From Ruminococcus flavefaciens (GTDB lineage: Bacteria > Bacillota > Clostridia > Oscillospirales > Ruminococcaceae): 64,000 nt of DNA. The position numbers and the translations under genes were made by a program. The stretch is from NCBI GenBank assembly GCA_902762855.1, contig CACWPR010000001.1:7656-71655 (forward strand), in the 5' to 3' direction. Below, piece after piece: positions 1-11,851 of the stretch (its first letter is position 1; each line of letters begins with the position of its first letter). Under the pieces are notes generated by a model. The model was not told the DNA's origin. It did no database searches and saw only the letters and a list, made by a program, of their open reading frames with translations.

Positions 1-96
1 CGTTCAGCAGACTACCTGGTCAACAGCATGGACAAGCTGAATGACGCAAAGCAGAGCGAGTTTGCCCAGAAACAGCGCCATAAAGCGGAGGAATGA
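1..96 (+). CDS. 3' end of an unidentified gene (partial)
   Basis: Open frame 1 (RSADYLVNSMDKLND...KAEE*) ends at TGA 94-96, just before the rsmA start; 5' part outside window. Confidence 0.5.
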   Translation, partial: RSADYLVNSMDKLNDAKQSEFAQKQRHKAEE

Positions 97-97
97 A

Positions 98-958
98 ATG
101 ATACTCACAAACATCGGCACAGTAAAGGAAATACTTTCCCGTCATGGATTCAGTTTTTCAAAGGGACTGGGCCAGAATTTTATAATCAACCCTGACATCT
201 GTCCGAAAATAGCTGAAAACGGCAATGCACAGCCGGGCTATGGTATAATCGAGATAGGCACCGGGATAGGCGTACTTACAGCGGAGCTTGCAAAACGTGC
301 GGACAAGGTCTGCGCTGTTGAGATAGACAGCCGGCTCCTGCCCATACTGGACGAGACTCTTGCGGACTTTGACAACATAAAGATATTCAATGAGGATGTA
401 ATGAAGTGTGACCTCCACAAGCTCATCCGGGAGGAATTTCAGGGACTCAGGACGGCGGTCTGCGCCAATCTGCCCTACTACATCACATCACCGGTCATAA
501 TGCTGCTGCTGGAGAGCCGTTTGCCGGTGGACTCCATAACAGTAATGGTCCAGAAGGAGGCAGCCCAGCGGCTGTGTGCAAAGGTAGGCACAAGGGAGTC
601 GGGAGCGATAACTGTTGCAGTCAACTATTACGGCACGGTCCGCCCGGTATTCAGCGTGTCCAGAGGCAGCTTTATGCCTGCGCCGAATGTGGACTCCGCA
701 GTGATACGCATTGACCCGGCACCTGAGCCGAGACTTGATGAGGAGAACGAGAAGTTCTTCTTCAAGGTAGTCCGCAGCGGATTTTCACAGCGCCGAAAGA
801 CTGCTGCAAACGCACTGTCCTCACAGGCAGGCATCCCCAAGGAGAAGGTCTATGCCGCACTCCGGGATGTCGGCCTCAGTGAAAACGCAAGATTAGAACA
901 GCTTGACCTCCAGCAGCTCATGGACTTTTCAGTCCGGCTGAGGGAAGAGCTGATATAA
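98..958 (+). CDS. rsmA: 16S rRNA dimethyladenosine transferase RsmA/KsgA
   Basis: KGLGQNF, EIGTGIG, ANLPYYIT and MVQKE motifs; GGAGGA RBS before ATG 98 (ORF track start 41 is probably too early). Confidence 0.95.
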   Translation: MILTNIGTVKEILSRHGFSFSKGLGQNFIINPDICPKIAENGNAQPGYGIIEIGTGIGVLTAELAKRADKVCAVEIDSRLLPILDETLADFDNIKIFNEDVMKCDLHKLIREEFQGLRTAVCANLPYYITSPVIMLLLESRLPVDSITVMVQKEAAQRLCAKVGTRESGAITVAVNYYGTVRPVFSVSRGSFMPAPNVDSAVIRIDPAPEPRLDEENEKFFFKVVRSGFSQRRKTAANALSSQAGIPKEKVYAALRDVGLSENARLEQLDLQQLMDFSVRLREELI

Positions 959-961
959 CGC

Positions 962-991
962 AAAAAGGCTGCCTTAAAGGCAGCCTTTGTT
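962..991. terminator. Bidirectional intrinsic terminator between rsmA and glgA
   Basis: AAAAGGCTGCC-TTAAA-GGCAGCCTTTGTTTT between convergent genes. Confidence 0.75.
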
Positions 992-2413
992 TTATTCATT
1001 ATCCTTGAGTTCCTTGTAGACCTCGATGTAGGTATCCGCAGAGGAGGACCAACTGAAATCGCAGGACATAGCTCTTTTGATGAGAGCCTCCCAGGTGGGT
1101 TTGTCATTGTAGTCACGAACAGCACGTTTAACGGCATCGAGCATATCATTTGCATTGATAGTCTTGAAAGTAAAGCCGTTTCCGTTTTCGCCGCCATTGT
1201 CACGGACGGAGTCCCGGAGGCCTCCGGTCTCCCTGACTATAGGAGCGGTACCGTATCGCATGGAGATCATTTGAGCAAGTCCGCAGGGTTCGCTCTGAGA
1301 AGGCATCAGGAACATATCAGAACCGGCATATATGCGGTGTGAGAGCTCTGGGATGAATCCCAGGGAAACTGATACCTTGTCGGGATAGCGGGCACCCATT
1401 TCACGGAAGAAGTCCTCATAGATCTTCTCACCGCTGCCCAGAACAGCAAACTTGATGCCCATATGGACCATTTCCTCGAATACGCAGCGTATGAGGTCGA
1501 TGCCCTTATGCTTAACGAAGCGGGTGACGATACCGATGACCGGTTCATCGCCGGGAGCAAGTCCCAGCTCTTCAAGCAGAGCACGTTTACACTCAGCCTT
1601 ACCTGAGATGTCAGCAGCAGAGTAGTGACCTGCTATCTCAGGGTCCTTTTCGGGGTCATAACGGTCTGTGTCGATACCGTTCATTATGCCCCGGAGCTTG
1701 TACTGTTTTGTAACGAGTATCCTGTCCAGGCCGTGAGCGTACCACGGGTCCAGTATCTCCCAGGCATAGCTCGGACTTACAGTAGTTATCTTGTCGGAAG
1801 TCTCGATAGCTCCCTTGAGCATATTGACGTAGCCGTCGTAGTCCAGGAGGTTAGCATTGTACATGGGGATACCCATGAGCTCGCTGAGTACCTCCTTGCC
1901 GTACTTGCCCTGGTACTCTATATTGTGGATAGTAAAGACATTCTTGATACCGTCATAGCCCTGCTGGTACTTGTAGTAAACGCTGTAGTATACAGGGATA
2001 AGAGCGGTCTGCCAGTCGTTGCAGTGGATGATGTCAGGAGTATAGCCGATAAATTTCAGCATTTCCAGAACGGCACGGTCGAAGAAAACGAATCTTTCGC
2101 AGTCGTCGTAGAAACCGTAGAGCCCGTCTCTGGAAAAGTAGTATTCATTGTCGATGAAATAATATGTAATGCCATCGAATTCAGCCTTGAAGATACCGCA
2201 GTACTGCTTTCGCCAGGAGACATCAACGGTAATGTTCTTAACGAACTCCATTTTTGCTCTGAGCTCCGGGCTTATTGATTTGTAGAGCGGTATAACGATG
2301 CGGCAGTCATGGCCCTTGGCAGCAATAGCCTTGGGCAGCGAGCCGGTCACATCTGCAAGGCCGCCGGAGGCTGCAAAAGGTACAGCCTCACTGGCAGCAA
2401 ACAATATTTTCAT
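992..2413 (-). CDS. glgA: Glycogen synthase
   Basis: SEAVPFAASGGLADV, HCNDWQT, EPCGLAQM GT5 motifs; glg operon context. Confidence 0.95.
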   Translation of the reverse strand: MKILFAASEAVPFAASGGLADVTGSLPKAIAAKGHDCRIVIPLYKSISPELRAKMEFVKNITVDVSWRKQYCGIFKAEFDGITYYFIDNEYYFSRDGLYGFYDDCERFVFFDRAVLEMLKFIGYTPDIIHCNDWQTALIPVYYSVYYKYQQGYDGIKNVFTIHNIEYQGKYGKEVLSELMGIPMYNANLLDYDGYVNMLKGAIETSDKITTVSPSYAWEILDPWYAHGLDRILVTKQYKLRGIMNGIDTDRYDPEKDPEIAGHYSAADISGKAECKRALLEELGLAPGDEPVIGIVTRFVKHKGIDLIRCVFEEMVHMGIKFAVLGSGEKIYEDFFREMGARYPDKVSVSLGFIPELSHRIYAGSDMFLMPSQSEPCGLAQMISMRYGTAPIVRETGGLRDSVRDNGGENGNGFTFKTINANDMLDAVKRAVRDYNDKPTWEALIKRAMSCDFSWSSSADTYIEVYKELKDNE

Positions 2414-2428
2414 TAAAGATCACCGCCG

Positions 2429-3550
2429 TTATATTTTTCCGTCTTTTCCGATATAAAGCGGATAAGTCTCAGAACCGGTGAGCACCTTTTCGTCACTTAT
2501 CTCAACGTTCTTGTCAGTTATCACAGAGGTAATGCTGCAATTTCTGCCTATTTTTGTACCCTGGAGAAGAACAGCGTCCTTGACTACTGTACCCTTGCCG
2601 ATCTTTACGCCTCTGAAGAGGATGCAGTTCTCAACAGTACCCTCGATAACGCAGCCGTCAGCGATAAGGGAGTTCTTGATATTTGATTCAAGGCCGTACT
2701 TAACAGGGCCGTTATCGCCTATTTTGGTGTATACGGGCATATTCTTTCTGAACAGAGCGTTGCGCTTGTCAGTGTCGAGGAGCATCTTATTAGCAAGGTA
2801 GTAGTTCTGAACGCTGTCTATCCTTGTGAAGAACTCCTTGTGCTCGTAGCCCATGATATTGTACTCGTCCTTCTTGCCCTGGAGTATTTCTCTGGTGAAG
2901 CTGGACTGGTTCCTGCTGGCGGCGTCAAAGACGATCTTCTTGAGAAAGTCCTTGCTGATGATGAACATTTCGAGCCAGATGTTGCAGGCGCCTGACATCT
3001 GGGGGTCAACGAGGACGTCCTTCAGTCGGTTATCCTCACTGAATTCGAGTATAGTCGAGCAGCTATTCTTCTCGCTGTCGTGGAATCCCTTGCTGTAGAT
3101 AAGTGTGATGTCAGCGCCGGTCTCCATATGCTGCTTGAGGACTGGGTTGAAGTCGATGGTAGTGATGACGTCACAGTTGGACATTATCACATACTTTGCA
3201 TTGGAGTGCTCAACGAAGCTCCAGATGTTATTGAGGGCATCCAGTCTGCCCTTGTAGATACCGCCGGTCTGGCTGTACGGAGGAAGCAGATGGAGTCCGC
3301 CCTTTTTACGGGAGAGGTCCCAGTCACGGCCGGAGCCGAGGTGGTCCAGCAGTGAGCCGTAGTTTGACTTAGTGATAACACCTACCTCTGAAACGCTGGA
3401 ATTTACCATGTTTGAGAGGGGAAAATCTATAAGGCGGTAGCGTCCGCCGAAGGGGATAGAGCCCATAGTTCTCTGCTTGGTGAGCTCACTTACGTAGGAA
3501 TCGTGCATACTTGCGAAAATAAGGCCTAAAACATTGTAATTAACACTCAT
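2429..3550 (-). CDS. glgD: Glucose-1-phosphate adenylyltransferase subunit GlgD
   Basis: [20 protein letters not shown]; degenerate GlgC paralogue next to glgC. Confidence 0.92.
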   Translation of the reverse strand: MSVNYNVLGLIFASMHDSYVSELTKQRTMGSIPFGGRYRLIDFPLSNMVNSSVSEVGVITKSNYGSLLDHLGSGRDWDLSRKKGGLHLLPPYSQTGGIYKGRLDALNNIWSFVEHSNAKYVIMSNCDVITTIDFNPVLKQHMETGADITLIYSKGFHDSEKNSCSTILEFSEDNRLKDVLVDPQMSGACNIWLEMFIISKDFLKKIVFDAASRNQSSFTREILQGKKDEYNIMGYEHKEFFTRIDSVQNYYLANKMLLDTDKRNALFRKNMPVYTKIGDNGPVKYGLESNIKNSLIADGCVIEGTVENCILFRGVKIGKGTVVKDAVLLQGTKIGRNCSITSVITDKNVEISDEKVLTGSETYPLYIGKDGKI

Positions 3551-3566
3551 ACTAAAACTCCTCCTG

Positions 3567-4793
3567 TCAGATATTTTCGCCGATTATCTGCTTGGGTTCA
3601 ACGACCTTGTTTTCAGAAACGGTAACATTGTGGCCTACAACGGCGATGCCCCAGTCGTCACGGTTCTCGACGTTTTCAGGGCTTGTGCCGACTCTTGCGC
3701 CGCTTTCGATGACGCTGTCGCTGCCTACGATAGCATACTCAACAACAGCACCGGACTTGATAACAGTACCGGGCATAACTATGCTGTAGTTGACAGTAGC
3801 GCCCTCCTCGATAGTGACACCGGAGAAGAGAATGGAGAAATCGACAGTACCGTCTATCTCGCTGCCCTCGGATATCATGGAGTTTTCGATATTGGCGTTA
3901 TCGCCTACATACTGCGGAGGCATATTGCTGTTTCGTGAATATATCTTCCAGCTTGGGTCATAGAGGTCCAGGGGAACGCTGGGTGAGAGGAGGTCCATAT
4001 TAGCCTCCCAGAGGGAATCGAGAGTTCCGACGTCCTTCCAGTAGCCTTCAAACTCGTAAGCGAACAGGCGCTGCTTGTCACGCAGCATGGAAGTGATGAT
4101 ATCCTTGCCGAAGTCCTTGGACCAGGCCTCACCACGGTCACGCTTGGCATTGGCATCCTCTTCGTTCTCGATGAGGTACTTTTTCAGCTTGTTCCAGCTA
4201 AATACATAGATACCCATAGAAGCCAGAGTAGACTTAGGCTCCTTTGGTTTTTCAACGAAGTCGATGACCTGATTCTGGTCATCGCATATCATGATACCGA
4301 AGCGTGAAGCCTCGGACTTTGGAACGTCGATAACAGAGATAGTGCAGTCAGCGTTGTTGGCTATATGGAATTCCACCATTTTGGAGTAGTCCATTTTGTA
4401 GATGTGGTCGCCGCCGAGGACAACTACATACTCAGGGTCATAGCGCTCGATAAAGCGCATATTCTGATATATAGCGTTTGCAGTACCCTCGTACCATGAA
4501 GCGCCTGCCTGAGTCTCATATGGCGGCAGAACATGGACACCGCCGTTCATTTTATCGAGGTCCCATGGCTGACCGTTACCGATGTACTCATTGAGTACAA
4601 GGGGCTGGTACTGAGTAAGTACACCAACGGTGTCGATACCTGAGTTTGTGCAGTTTGAGAGAGGGAAGTCTATTAGTCTGTATTTACCGCCGTAGGGTAC
4701 AGCAGGTTTAGCAACGTTCTTAGTCAGAGCATAGAGTCTGCTGCCCTGTCCGCCGGCGAGGAGCATTGCCACCACTCTTTTCTTTGTATACAT
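3567..4793 (-). CDS. glgC: Glucose-1-phosphate adenylyltransferase
   Basis: [38 protein letters not shown]. Confidence 0.96.
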   Translation of the reverse strand: MYTKKRVVAMLLAGGQGSRLYALTKNVAKPAVPYGGKYRLIDFPLSNCTNSGIDTVGVLTQYQPLVLNEYIGNGQPWDLDKMNGGVHVLPPYETQAGASWYEGTANAIYQNMRFIERYDPEYVVVLGGDHIYKMDYSKMVEFHIANNADCTISVIDVPKSEASRFGIMICDDQNQVIDFVEKPKEPKSTLASMGIYVFSWNKLKKYLIENEEDANAKRDRGEAWSKDFGKDIITSMLRDKQRLFAYEFEGYWKDVGTLDSLWEANMDLLSPSVPLDLYDPSWKIYSRNSNMPPQYVGDNANIENSMISEGSEIDGTVDFSILFSGVTIEEGATVNYSIVMPGTVIKSGAVVEYAIVGSDSVIESGARVGTSPENVENRDDWGIAVVGHNVTVSENKVVEPKQIIGENI

Positions 4794-4825
4794 ATTATTC
4801 CTCCTATATAAATGATATATTGATA

Positions 4826-6799
4826 TTATTCAGCTTTGGCAGAGCGCCTTGACTTTGCCGGAGCTTTTTCTTTCTTTTCAGGAGCGTCGGTTTTGGGAGC
4901 TCTCTTTTTTACGGGAGAGTACTTCAGATAGATGACTGACAGCGGAGCCAGAGTCATGGAAATGCTGTCATCGAAGCCATGCATAGGGATGCTGTCGGAC
5001 TTGAAGGACTTCTCGGTTATAGCAGAGCCTCCGAATTCAGCGGCGTCTGTGTTGAATACCAGCTTATAGCGGCCCTTGTGGGGGACACCGATGCGGTAGT
5101 CACGTCTTTCCACAGGGACGAAGTTGCACACAGCGATAAGCTCGTCGCCGTTGTCGTCTATCCTCCGGAAGGCGATGATGCTCTGCTTGTAGTCATCGTT
5201 GGATATCCAGCTAAAGCCGTCCCAGGAGTCGTCATCCTGCCAGAATGGCGGGTTGTCGAGGTAGAAGCGGTTGAGCTTTTCTGAGAATTTCAGAAGGTTC
5301 CTGTGAGCATCGAAGTCCATGAGGTTCCAGTCGAGCTGAGACTTGTAGTCCCACTCCTTCATCTGGCCGAACTCCTGGCCCATGAACAGCAGCTTTTTGC
5401 CGGGATGAGCCATCATGTAAGCGAGGAAAGCACGGTAAGAAGCGAATTTCTGGTCGTACTCACCTGGCATTTTATTTATCATTGAGCACTTTCCGTGAAC
5501 TACCTCGTCATGAGAGATAGGGAGGATGTAGTTCTCGGAGAAAGCGTAGAAGAACGAGAATGTGAGCTTATCGTGGTTGAAAGCACGATAGATAGGGTCA
5601 AGTGACATATAGCTGAGCATATCGTTCATCCAGCCCATGTTCCACTTGAAGTTGAAGCCAAGTCCGCCGATGTCGGTGGGTCTGGTGACAAGCGGCCATG
5701 CGGTGGATTCTTCGGCAATCATGAGAGCGTCTGGGTGCTTGGAGAATACGGCCTCATTGAGGTGTTTAAGGAACTCAACAGCCTCCAGGTTCTCATTGCC
5801 GCCGTAGATATTAGCAGCCCATTCGCCGTCACGGCGGTCGTAGTCAAGATAGAGCATAGATGCGACGGCATCAACTCTCAGACCATCAACGTGGAACTCA
5901 TCGAACCAGTAATTTGCACTGGAAATGAGGAAAGAGCATACCTCGGCCTTGCCGTAGTCAAAGACTCTTGTGCCCCAGGCCTTATGTTCCTTTTTGCGGT
6001 CATCTGTGTACTCATAGCAGCAGGTGCCGTCAAATTCGTACAGGCCGGCCTCGTCCTTTGGGAAATGGGCAGGTACCCAGTCCAGGATGACACCAATGCC
6101 GGCCTCATGGAACATATCTATCATCTTCCGCATATCGTCGGGTGTACCGTAGCGGGAAGTAGGGGCGAAGTAGCCTGTTACCTGGTATCCCCATGAGCCG
6201 TCATAAGGGTACTCAGTGAGAGGCATGAACTCCACATGGGTATATGACATTTTTTTAAGATAGGGTATCATTTCCTTTGCGAAAGTGACATAATCAAGGA
6301 AAACGTCATCGCCGTAATTCTTCCAGGAGCTCAGGTGGACCTCATAGATGTTCACCGGGCTCTTGTAGATGCTGTTCTTCTTTTTCTCCTCATACCACTG
6401 ACTGTCTGACCACTCGAAGCTGCTCTCGAAGATTTTGGAGGCAGTACCCGGACGGGTCTCGAAGTGGTGGGCATAGGGGTCAGATTTGAGGATTATCCTT
6501 CCATCCTTAGTCTCAATGCTGAATTTGTAAGCGTCGAATTGTTTCAGCTTGGAGATAGTTGTCTCCCATATGCCGTCAGCGATGAGGGACATAGGGTCTG
6601 CATCCCTGTTCCAATCGTTGAAATCGCCTACGACTGAGACGCTTACAGCATTAGGAGCCCAAACTCTGAAAGTAAAACAGCGGCCTCTGCCTTTTTTCTT
6701 TGAGTGAACTCCGAAGAACTTATAGGCCTCATAATTTTTTCCCTGATAGAAAAGGTACAGCGGGAAATCATTTGGATTTGATTTTGTGTTAACTGTCAT
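4826..6799 (-). CDS. glgB: 1,4-alpha-glucan branching enzyme
   Basis: [44 protein letters not shown]13 motifs. Confidence 0.96.
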   Translation of the reverse strand: MTVNTKSNPNDFPLYLFYQGKNYEAYKFFGVHSKKKGRGRCFTFRVWAPNAVSVSVVGDFNDWNRDADPMSLIADGIWETTISKLKQFDAYKFSIETKDGRIILKSDPYAHHFETRPGTASKIFESSFEWSDSQWYEEKKKNSIYKSPVNIYEVHLSSWKNYGDDVFLDYVTFAKEMIPYLKKMSYTHVEFMPLTEYPYDGSWGYQVTGYFAPTSRYGTPDDMRKMIDMFHEAGIGVILDWVPAHFPKDEAGLYEFDGTCCYEYTDDRKKEHKAWGTRVFDYGKAEVCSFLISSANYWFDEFHVDGLRVDAVASMLYLDYDRRDGEWAANIYGGNENLEAVEFLKHLNEAVFSKHPDALMIAEESTAWPLVTRPTDIGGLGFNFKWNMGWMNDMLSYMSLDPIYRAFNHDKLTFSFFYAFSENYILPISHDEVVHGKCSMINKMPGEYDQKFASYRAFLAYMMAHPGKKLLFMGQEFGQMKEWDYKSQLDWNLMDFDAHRNLLKFSEKLNRFYLDNPPFWQDDDSWDGFSWISNDDYKQSIIAFRRIDDNGDELIAVCNFVPVERRDYRIGVPHKGRYKLVFNTDAAEFGGSAITEKSFKSDSIPMHGFDDSISMTLAPLSVIYLKYSPVKKRAPKTDAPEKKEKAPAKSRRSAKAE

Positions 6800-6970
6800 A
6801 ATTTAGCCTCCTTTGCTATTTACATTTTATCAGAAATACCGGATTTATTCAAGCGTTTTTGAAAATCGGGGTAAAATTTCAGACGTTATGCTAATATTTG
6901 CACTCTTATTTAGTGCATTTTGACATATTTTGAAATTGCTATCTTTCTGCTGATTGTTAAAATGTACTTA

Positions 6971-9229
6971 TCATTGATGAGTTTCGGATGAAGTGATACG
7001 CAGACCTATAACGGTAACATCGTCGCTGCGTGAGCCGGGGTTGAAAAGTGAGGCCTTGCGGCATATCTCGTCCACTATTTTTTTCAGGTCACTGTCGCTG
7101 AGGAGGAGCTCCCGGATGAACCTGTACTCATTTTCACTTATGCCGTCGGAGAACATTATGGCTATATCTCCTTCTTCGAGGTCATAGTTCCCTGCGAAGG
7201 TCTCTGACTGTTCATAGATGCCTATCGGGAAGGTAGGCTGTGAGACCTTTATCACAGTACCTTTCCTGCGGATGAGAGTAGCGGCGGCGCCGGACTTTAT
7301 CACCGTAAGGCCGCAGGTATCGAGGTCTACCCGGAGGGCATCCAGAGTGGCGAAGGTCTCATCTCCGGAGCGTGTCACCATTATCGAGTTTATGAGCTTG
7401 ATAGCTGACCTGTAGTCTGCGCCGCTGCTGACCAGCCTGCGGAACATCCTTACCACAAGCCGGGACTGGGCGGCAGCGTTTTTTCCGCTGCCCATTCCGT
7501 CGGACAGCACTACATAGGCGGAACCGGTGCCGTCAGTGAATGACATGGAGGAGTCGCCGTTGTCCTTGGCACCACCTGCGGACAGTGCGGCGCCGTAGAC
7601 CTGTATGGAGTGTGCAGGCCTTTCAAAGAGCCTGAGCCGGACTTCTCTGCCGGAGGATACAGGTACGGCAGCATCAAGCGGCATACGCAGCTCGTCAGAG
7701 ATAAGGTCCCTGACTCTTGAAAAGCTCTCCGGAGCCGAAGATACAGGGAAGTATACCTCTGCAAGAAGCCGGTTGAAGGAGTTGTAACAGGCGATGACAC
7801 GGGAGGGGGCAAGTCCGAATTTTTCCAGTTTCCGGCGGATAGTCCTGCTGACCGGCTGAGAGCAGCGGACGTCCACGCGCTCTCCGGCTGTGCTGACTAT
7901 ATCCTCAGTCAGGCGGAGCTGTTCAGCCAGAAGCCTGCGGCTCTCAGAGCTCCGAAGCTCCATCAGCTTCAGGGCGGCACGCTCTCTTGCACCTGATATG
8001 AAGCTGTCCTTCAGTTCGTTTTTTCTAAGGCAGTCCTCCAGCTCGAAGGGGAAGGGTTCTCCGGCGAATTCTCCCTGAGCAGCAAGTTTCCTGAGACCTG
8101 CCATTGTGGAGTCGGAGTTGTTCTTCCAGCAGTCCAGTCTGCGGAAGCATTTGCCGCATACCTTGTCGGAGCACTGTTTTGCGCTGTCATCCGGACTGTC
8201 ATCGGTGGAAAACATCCGGACTATCTTCTCTGATTCCTTCCTGACGGCACCGATCGAGTCGGAGAGAAAGTTCATCCGGGCGCTGAGTATCTCCGGGAGG
8301 ACTGCAGCTTTTTCTTCGGAAACTATCACCCACTTGTCGGAGTAATAGGGAGCGGCTGCAAGGAAGATGCCGGTGCCGCACAGGAGGTCAGTGAAAGCGC
8401 CTGCGGAGCTGCGGTCGATGCCTGTAAGTACAGAGAGCATGAAATTCAGGGACATAAAAAGCAGGGCAGCAGAGTTGAACTTTTTTCGTCCCAGGTAGCC
8501 GGTGACAAGACCTGCTGCGGGCAGGAGCACTATCTTCATACCGCAGAGAGGGGAGGCCAGAAAAGCGCCGCAGACAGTAAGAGCGCCGCAAAGAACACCG
8601 CCTGTATGGCGGTAGAAGTAGGCTCCGGCCAGGGTCACGGCAGTCCCGGCTATGAGTCCGGCATTGATGAAGGGGATGCTCATGGAGCAGAGTGCGGCAA
8701 TGGCGATAGTGTAGACCACAGCATAGGCGCACCCGTAAGGCGGCGAAAGGTCCACGGCTTTTTTCTGTTTTGCACTGCTTATGAGCATGGCCACAGAGTA
8801 CGAAGTAAAGCCGGTGAGGGTGCTGTAGAAGGCATAGAACAGCAGCTTGTACAGTACCTCTCCGATGAGGGCGGAAATGACAGCTCCGGACACAAAAACA
8901 GACATTGCCGCCGCAGTGCCGCAGAGCCGTGGTTCATTGCGAGGTTCAAGGAACATCTTTGCTGTGACTATCATCAGCATAGCGGATATCCTGACGATGT
9001 TCCTTCCAACGGTGCCGGAGAGAATACTGTGTACCAGACTTCCGGTCAGCACAGCGGCAGAGCAGGGAAGTGAGAGTCCTCCGGCAAGGGAGATGTCAGC
9101 GAATGATGCAACTCCGGCCATACTTGTCCCTGCCAGCAGAAAACCGGCTGTTGCTGACAGAGCGAATGAGCCGAAGAACAGGAATGTTGAGTTGAATATT
9201 TTTTTTGTAGTCCTTTCCATTGTTATCAC
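6971..9229 (-). CDS. spoIIE: SpoIIE-like membrane PP2C phosphatase
   Basis: Multi-TM N-terminus; C-terminal LSDGMGSG, FATLD, MFSDG, DDVTV PP2C motifs. Confidence 0.72.
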   Translation of the reverse strand: MITMERTTKKIFNSTFLFFGSFALSATAGFLLAGTSMAGVASFADISLAGGLSLPCSAAVLTGSLVHSILSGTVGRNIVRISAMLMIVTAKMFLEPRNEPRLCGTAAAMSVFVSGAVISALIGEVLYKLLFYAFYSTLTGFTSYSVAMLISSAKQKKAVDLSPPYGCAYAVVYTIAIAALCSMSIPFINAGLIAGTAVTLAGAYFYRHTGGVLCGALTVCGAFLASPLCGMKIVLLPAAGLVTGYLGRKKFNSAALLFMSLNFMLSVLTGIDRSSAGAFTDLLCGTGIFLAAAPYYSDKWVIVSEEKAAVLPEILSARMNFLSDSIGAVRKESEKIVRMFSTDDSPDDSAKQCSDKVCGKCFRRLDCWKNNSDSTMAGLRKLAAQGEFAGEPFPFELEDCLRKNELKDSFISGARERAALKLMELRSSESRRLLAEQLRLTEDIVSTAGERVDVRCSQPVSRTIRRKLEKFGLAPSRVIACYNSFNRLLAEVYFPVSSAPESFSRVRDLISDELRMPLDAAVPVSSGREVRLRLFERPAHSIQVYGAALSAGGAKDNGDSSMSFTDGTGSAYVVLSDGMGSGKNAAAQSRLVVRMFRRLVSSGADYRSAIKLINSIMVTRSGDETFATLDALRVDLDTCGLTVIKSGAAATLIRRKGTVIKVSQPTFPIGIYEQSETFAGNYDLEEGDIAIMFSDGISENEYRFIRELLLSDSDLKKIVDEICRKASLFNPGSRSDDVTVIGLRITSSETHQ

Positions 9230-9301
9230 CTGTAATAATAAATGTACAATCTATTATATCATATGCCAAAGGCGATAAATGTCGGAATCAGAGGGCAAAA
9301 A

Positions 9302-9323
9302 AACAGGCCCCTGAGGGCCTGTT
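9302..9323. terminator. Intrinsic terminator hairpin
   Basis: AACAGGCCC-CTGA-GGGCCTGTT with A-run on the left (U-tract on - strand), downstream of the 9333 gene. Confidence 0.6.
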
Positions 9324-9332
9324 CCGGGGGAC

Positions 9333-11657
9333 TCACATCCAGAAGATGAGGAGGTCCTCGCAGGTATCGTAAAGTGAAGTGCAGTGACGGAGGAGATTGC
9401 CGTTCCTGTCACCGATGAGCAGCAGCCAGCTCATTATAAATGTTGCGGAAAGCGCTATATGAGCGGCAGCGTGTCTGTGTATATGCTTTCCGGGAGCTCC
9501 GGTGCCTCGCAGCAGGCATATCACTGCACCTATGCACATAAGAGGGAGCGCATCTGTGACATAGCGGTGAGCGACACCGCCGAGACAGAAGTCCAGCCAG
9601 CACAGGGTGAAAGCGGTCACAAAGCAGAGCAGGATGAAGGAGGTCCGCTGAACAGCGGAGATACCGCAGGTATAATGCCTGCCCTTTTTCCTGAGCGATG
9701 CCGGAAGAAGGAAAGTACCCAGCAGGAGTGCAGGGTATGCTAAGACACCCGTAATATCCGCAGTGTAGATGAACCTGCCGTAGTTGTAGAGGGTGCAGAA
9801 CTGGTTCTCGATGAACGGGAAGCTGCCCTTTGGCCGGGGCATCTGGAACAGATAGTGATATATCATAGGCGGCAGACAGGCCAGTGACAAGCTGTTGCAG
9901 CGGACGTCGCTGACAGTTAGCTGATAGGCAGCTCCGAAGTCAAGAGGTGAGCCGAATCGGGCATTGTTGTACCACATTATGGCACATCCTCCCACGGCGA
10001 GGGGAACGATAAAGCAGAGTGTCTGAACGATGCGGAATGCAGGGGAGAGATCCTTTCTGCGGAGTATCCCGATGAAAAATGGTACGAGCAGTACACCGCT
10101 TAGAGCTAAAGTAGGCCTTGAACCTGCACAAAGGGCCAGAGCTGCACCGCTGATGAAGAGCAGAGCAAGTTTCAGGGGACGGACCTTCTGAGAAACTGCA
10201 CTGAGGCCTGTCCAGAGTGAGAGGAACAGATAGCACATTCCTGTGACTATCGGCAGGTCGTATGCATTGGTGGTATTCATAGCATAGAACAGCCCGACAC
10301 AGCTCAGAGCCGCAGGCATTGAGCCGAGGAGGAGGAGCAGATTAGGCCGTGGTACGGTGAGCCTGACTGCCGCAAGTATCGTCATACACATAGCGAAGGC
10401 GGCGATGACTCCGTAGAATCCGAGAGCCATTGAGGTGGTAGGCATTTTGCCGGTTGACTTGTAGTATGGGAGGTAGTAGGTCAGAACGGGAGCGGCACCA
10501 AAGTAGCAGTAATATTTCCCTTTGTAATAGGCCATGTCCCAGAGGGCATAATAGCCGGACTCATCTCTTTCTGAGCGGCTGTAAACGTTGTCGAGCTCAG
10601 CGAGACCGGGGTCAGCCTCTATGTCCAGCCATACCTGTTTCTTGGTGAAAGCGTCAGCGACCACGGCATATGGGTCAGAGACGGGGACATGTTCTGTGTC
10701 GAATTCCACAGCCTTTTCGTTGGGACGTATGAACAGGCTGGCGGAAAACGCACATATAACAGCCATGATGCCGACGGCGGCTTTGTGCTGCCATTTTCTG
10801 CGCTGGTAGGTGACTTTCCAGAGCTGGAATGAAAATACCGCAGAAAGCAGCATAGCAATGGATGCAAGAACAAAGAATCTCAGCGATGAGAATTGGAAAG
10901 GAACTGCGCTGACGGCTCTTACAGAGCGGATGCAGACTCTGCCCTCTACCTCGGAGAAGCCGAGTTTCAGGGACCTTATGCTGCCGTGAGGCTCAAGTGG
11001 CATTGTAAACACGGTATCCTGCTTTGAGACGTACTTCTGCTGTATTACCTCATAGTTAGTGTAGAGGTCGTCGTCCTTCATTCCCAGATTCACAAAGAAT
11101 GGGAGGGCAGGCTCCTTGGTGTCACGGTAAACATCAACGACCAGGGAACGTGTATAGTCCGGGACGTCATCAATTATTATCTCGCCGCCTGCTGAGAGAA
11201 CTATCTCATCACCTGACAGCTCAGCGGAACCGGTCAAGGTCAGGGAACTCATGTCGAGGTACTGGCTTTTTGGAGATGAGTCAAGGCTCTTGCCATTGAA
11301 AACAAAGACCTCGGCGGCGTAAAGAGCCAGCACTGCTGCGGCGGAGCGTTTAAGGAACTTAGCGGTTCTGGGACGGTCAGAAAATTCCCTGACGAGGATG
11401 AAAAGGAACGGGAGCATCCCGGCGAGCGCAATGGCGGCAGGAGGGAGCCAGTGGTCATCGTTCATCATCTTTGAACGGGTGACTATGCACATTGTCAGGA
11501 AAAATACCCACTCAACGCAGAATACTGCGAGCAGCTTTTTGACGAGGGAGCTGCGCTTGTCCTTATCGTATTTTCTCTTAGACATCAGTTCGTCGGCACG
11601 GAGGAAAGAGAGTATGTAGAAGATAAGCGGAAGTCCGGCAGAAAAAATAATATCCAT
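9333..11657 (-). CDS. Large polytopic membrane protein, possibly GT-C-like
   Basis: Many hydrophobic segments plus an extracytoplasmic loop; AAGGAG RBS favours ATG 11657; function not assignable. Confidence 0.6.
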   Translation of the reverse strand: MDIIFSAGLPLIFYILSFLRADELMSKRKYDKDKRSSLVKKLLAVFCVEWVFFLTMCIVTRSKMMNDDHWLPPAAIALAGMLPFLFILVREFSDRPRTAKFLKRSAAAVLALYAAEVFVFNGKSLDSSPKSQYLDMSSLTLTGSAELSGDEIVLSAGGEIIIDDVPDYTRSLVVDVYRDTKEPALPFFVNLGMKDDDLYTNYEVIQQKYVSKQDTVFTMPLEPHGSIRSLKLGFSEVEGRVCIRSVRAVSAVPFQFSSLRFFVLASIAMLLSAVFSFQLWKVTYQRRKWQHKAAVGIMAVICAFSASLFIRPNEKAVEFDTEHVPVSDPYAVVADAFTKKQVWLDIEADPGLAELDNVYSRSERDESGYYALWDMAYYKGKYYCYFGAAPVLTYYLPYYKSTGKMPTTSMALGFYGVIAAFAMCMTILAAVRLTVPRPNLLLLLGSMPAALSCVGLFYAMNTTNAYDLPIVTGMCYLFLSLWTGLSAVSQKVRPLKLALLFISGAALALCAGSRPTLALSGVLLVPFFIGILRRKDLSPAFRIVQTLCFIVPLAVGGCAIMWYNNARFGSPLDFGAAYQLTVSDVRCNSLSLACLPPMIYHYLFQMPRPKGSFPFIENQFCTLYNYGRFIYTADITGVLAYPALLLGTFLLPASLRKKGRHYTCGISAVQRTSFILLCFVTAFTLCWLDFCLGGVAHRYVTDALPLMCIGAVICLLRGTGAPGKHIHRHAAAHIALSATFIMSWLLLIGDRNGNLLRHCTSLYDTCEDLLIFWM

Positions 11658-11851
11658 ATTAGTCTCCTTAAAATAAATATGCATAGATTTGACGGCTGGG
11701 GACATGAAAACTCTCAGTTCGGGAGCGTATAAAACATATTAAAGTATACTGCCAGATATAGGAGACGTTGGCAAAATCTACATAAATATAGAGGTATTTG
11801 TCTAACGGAATGGTCTTTTATACAAAGTTGAGAGGAAATGTCTCTAATAGG

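Noticed and set aside
6971-9229. SpoIIE-like gene next to the glycogen operon as a novel linkage
   Set aside because: Separate promoter region and no shared motif seen; adjacency alone is not evidence
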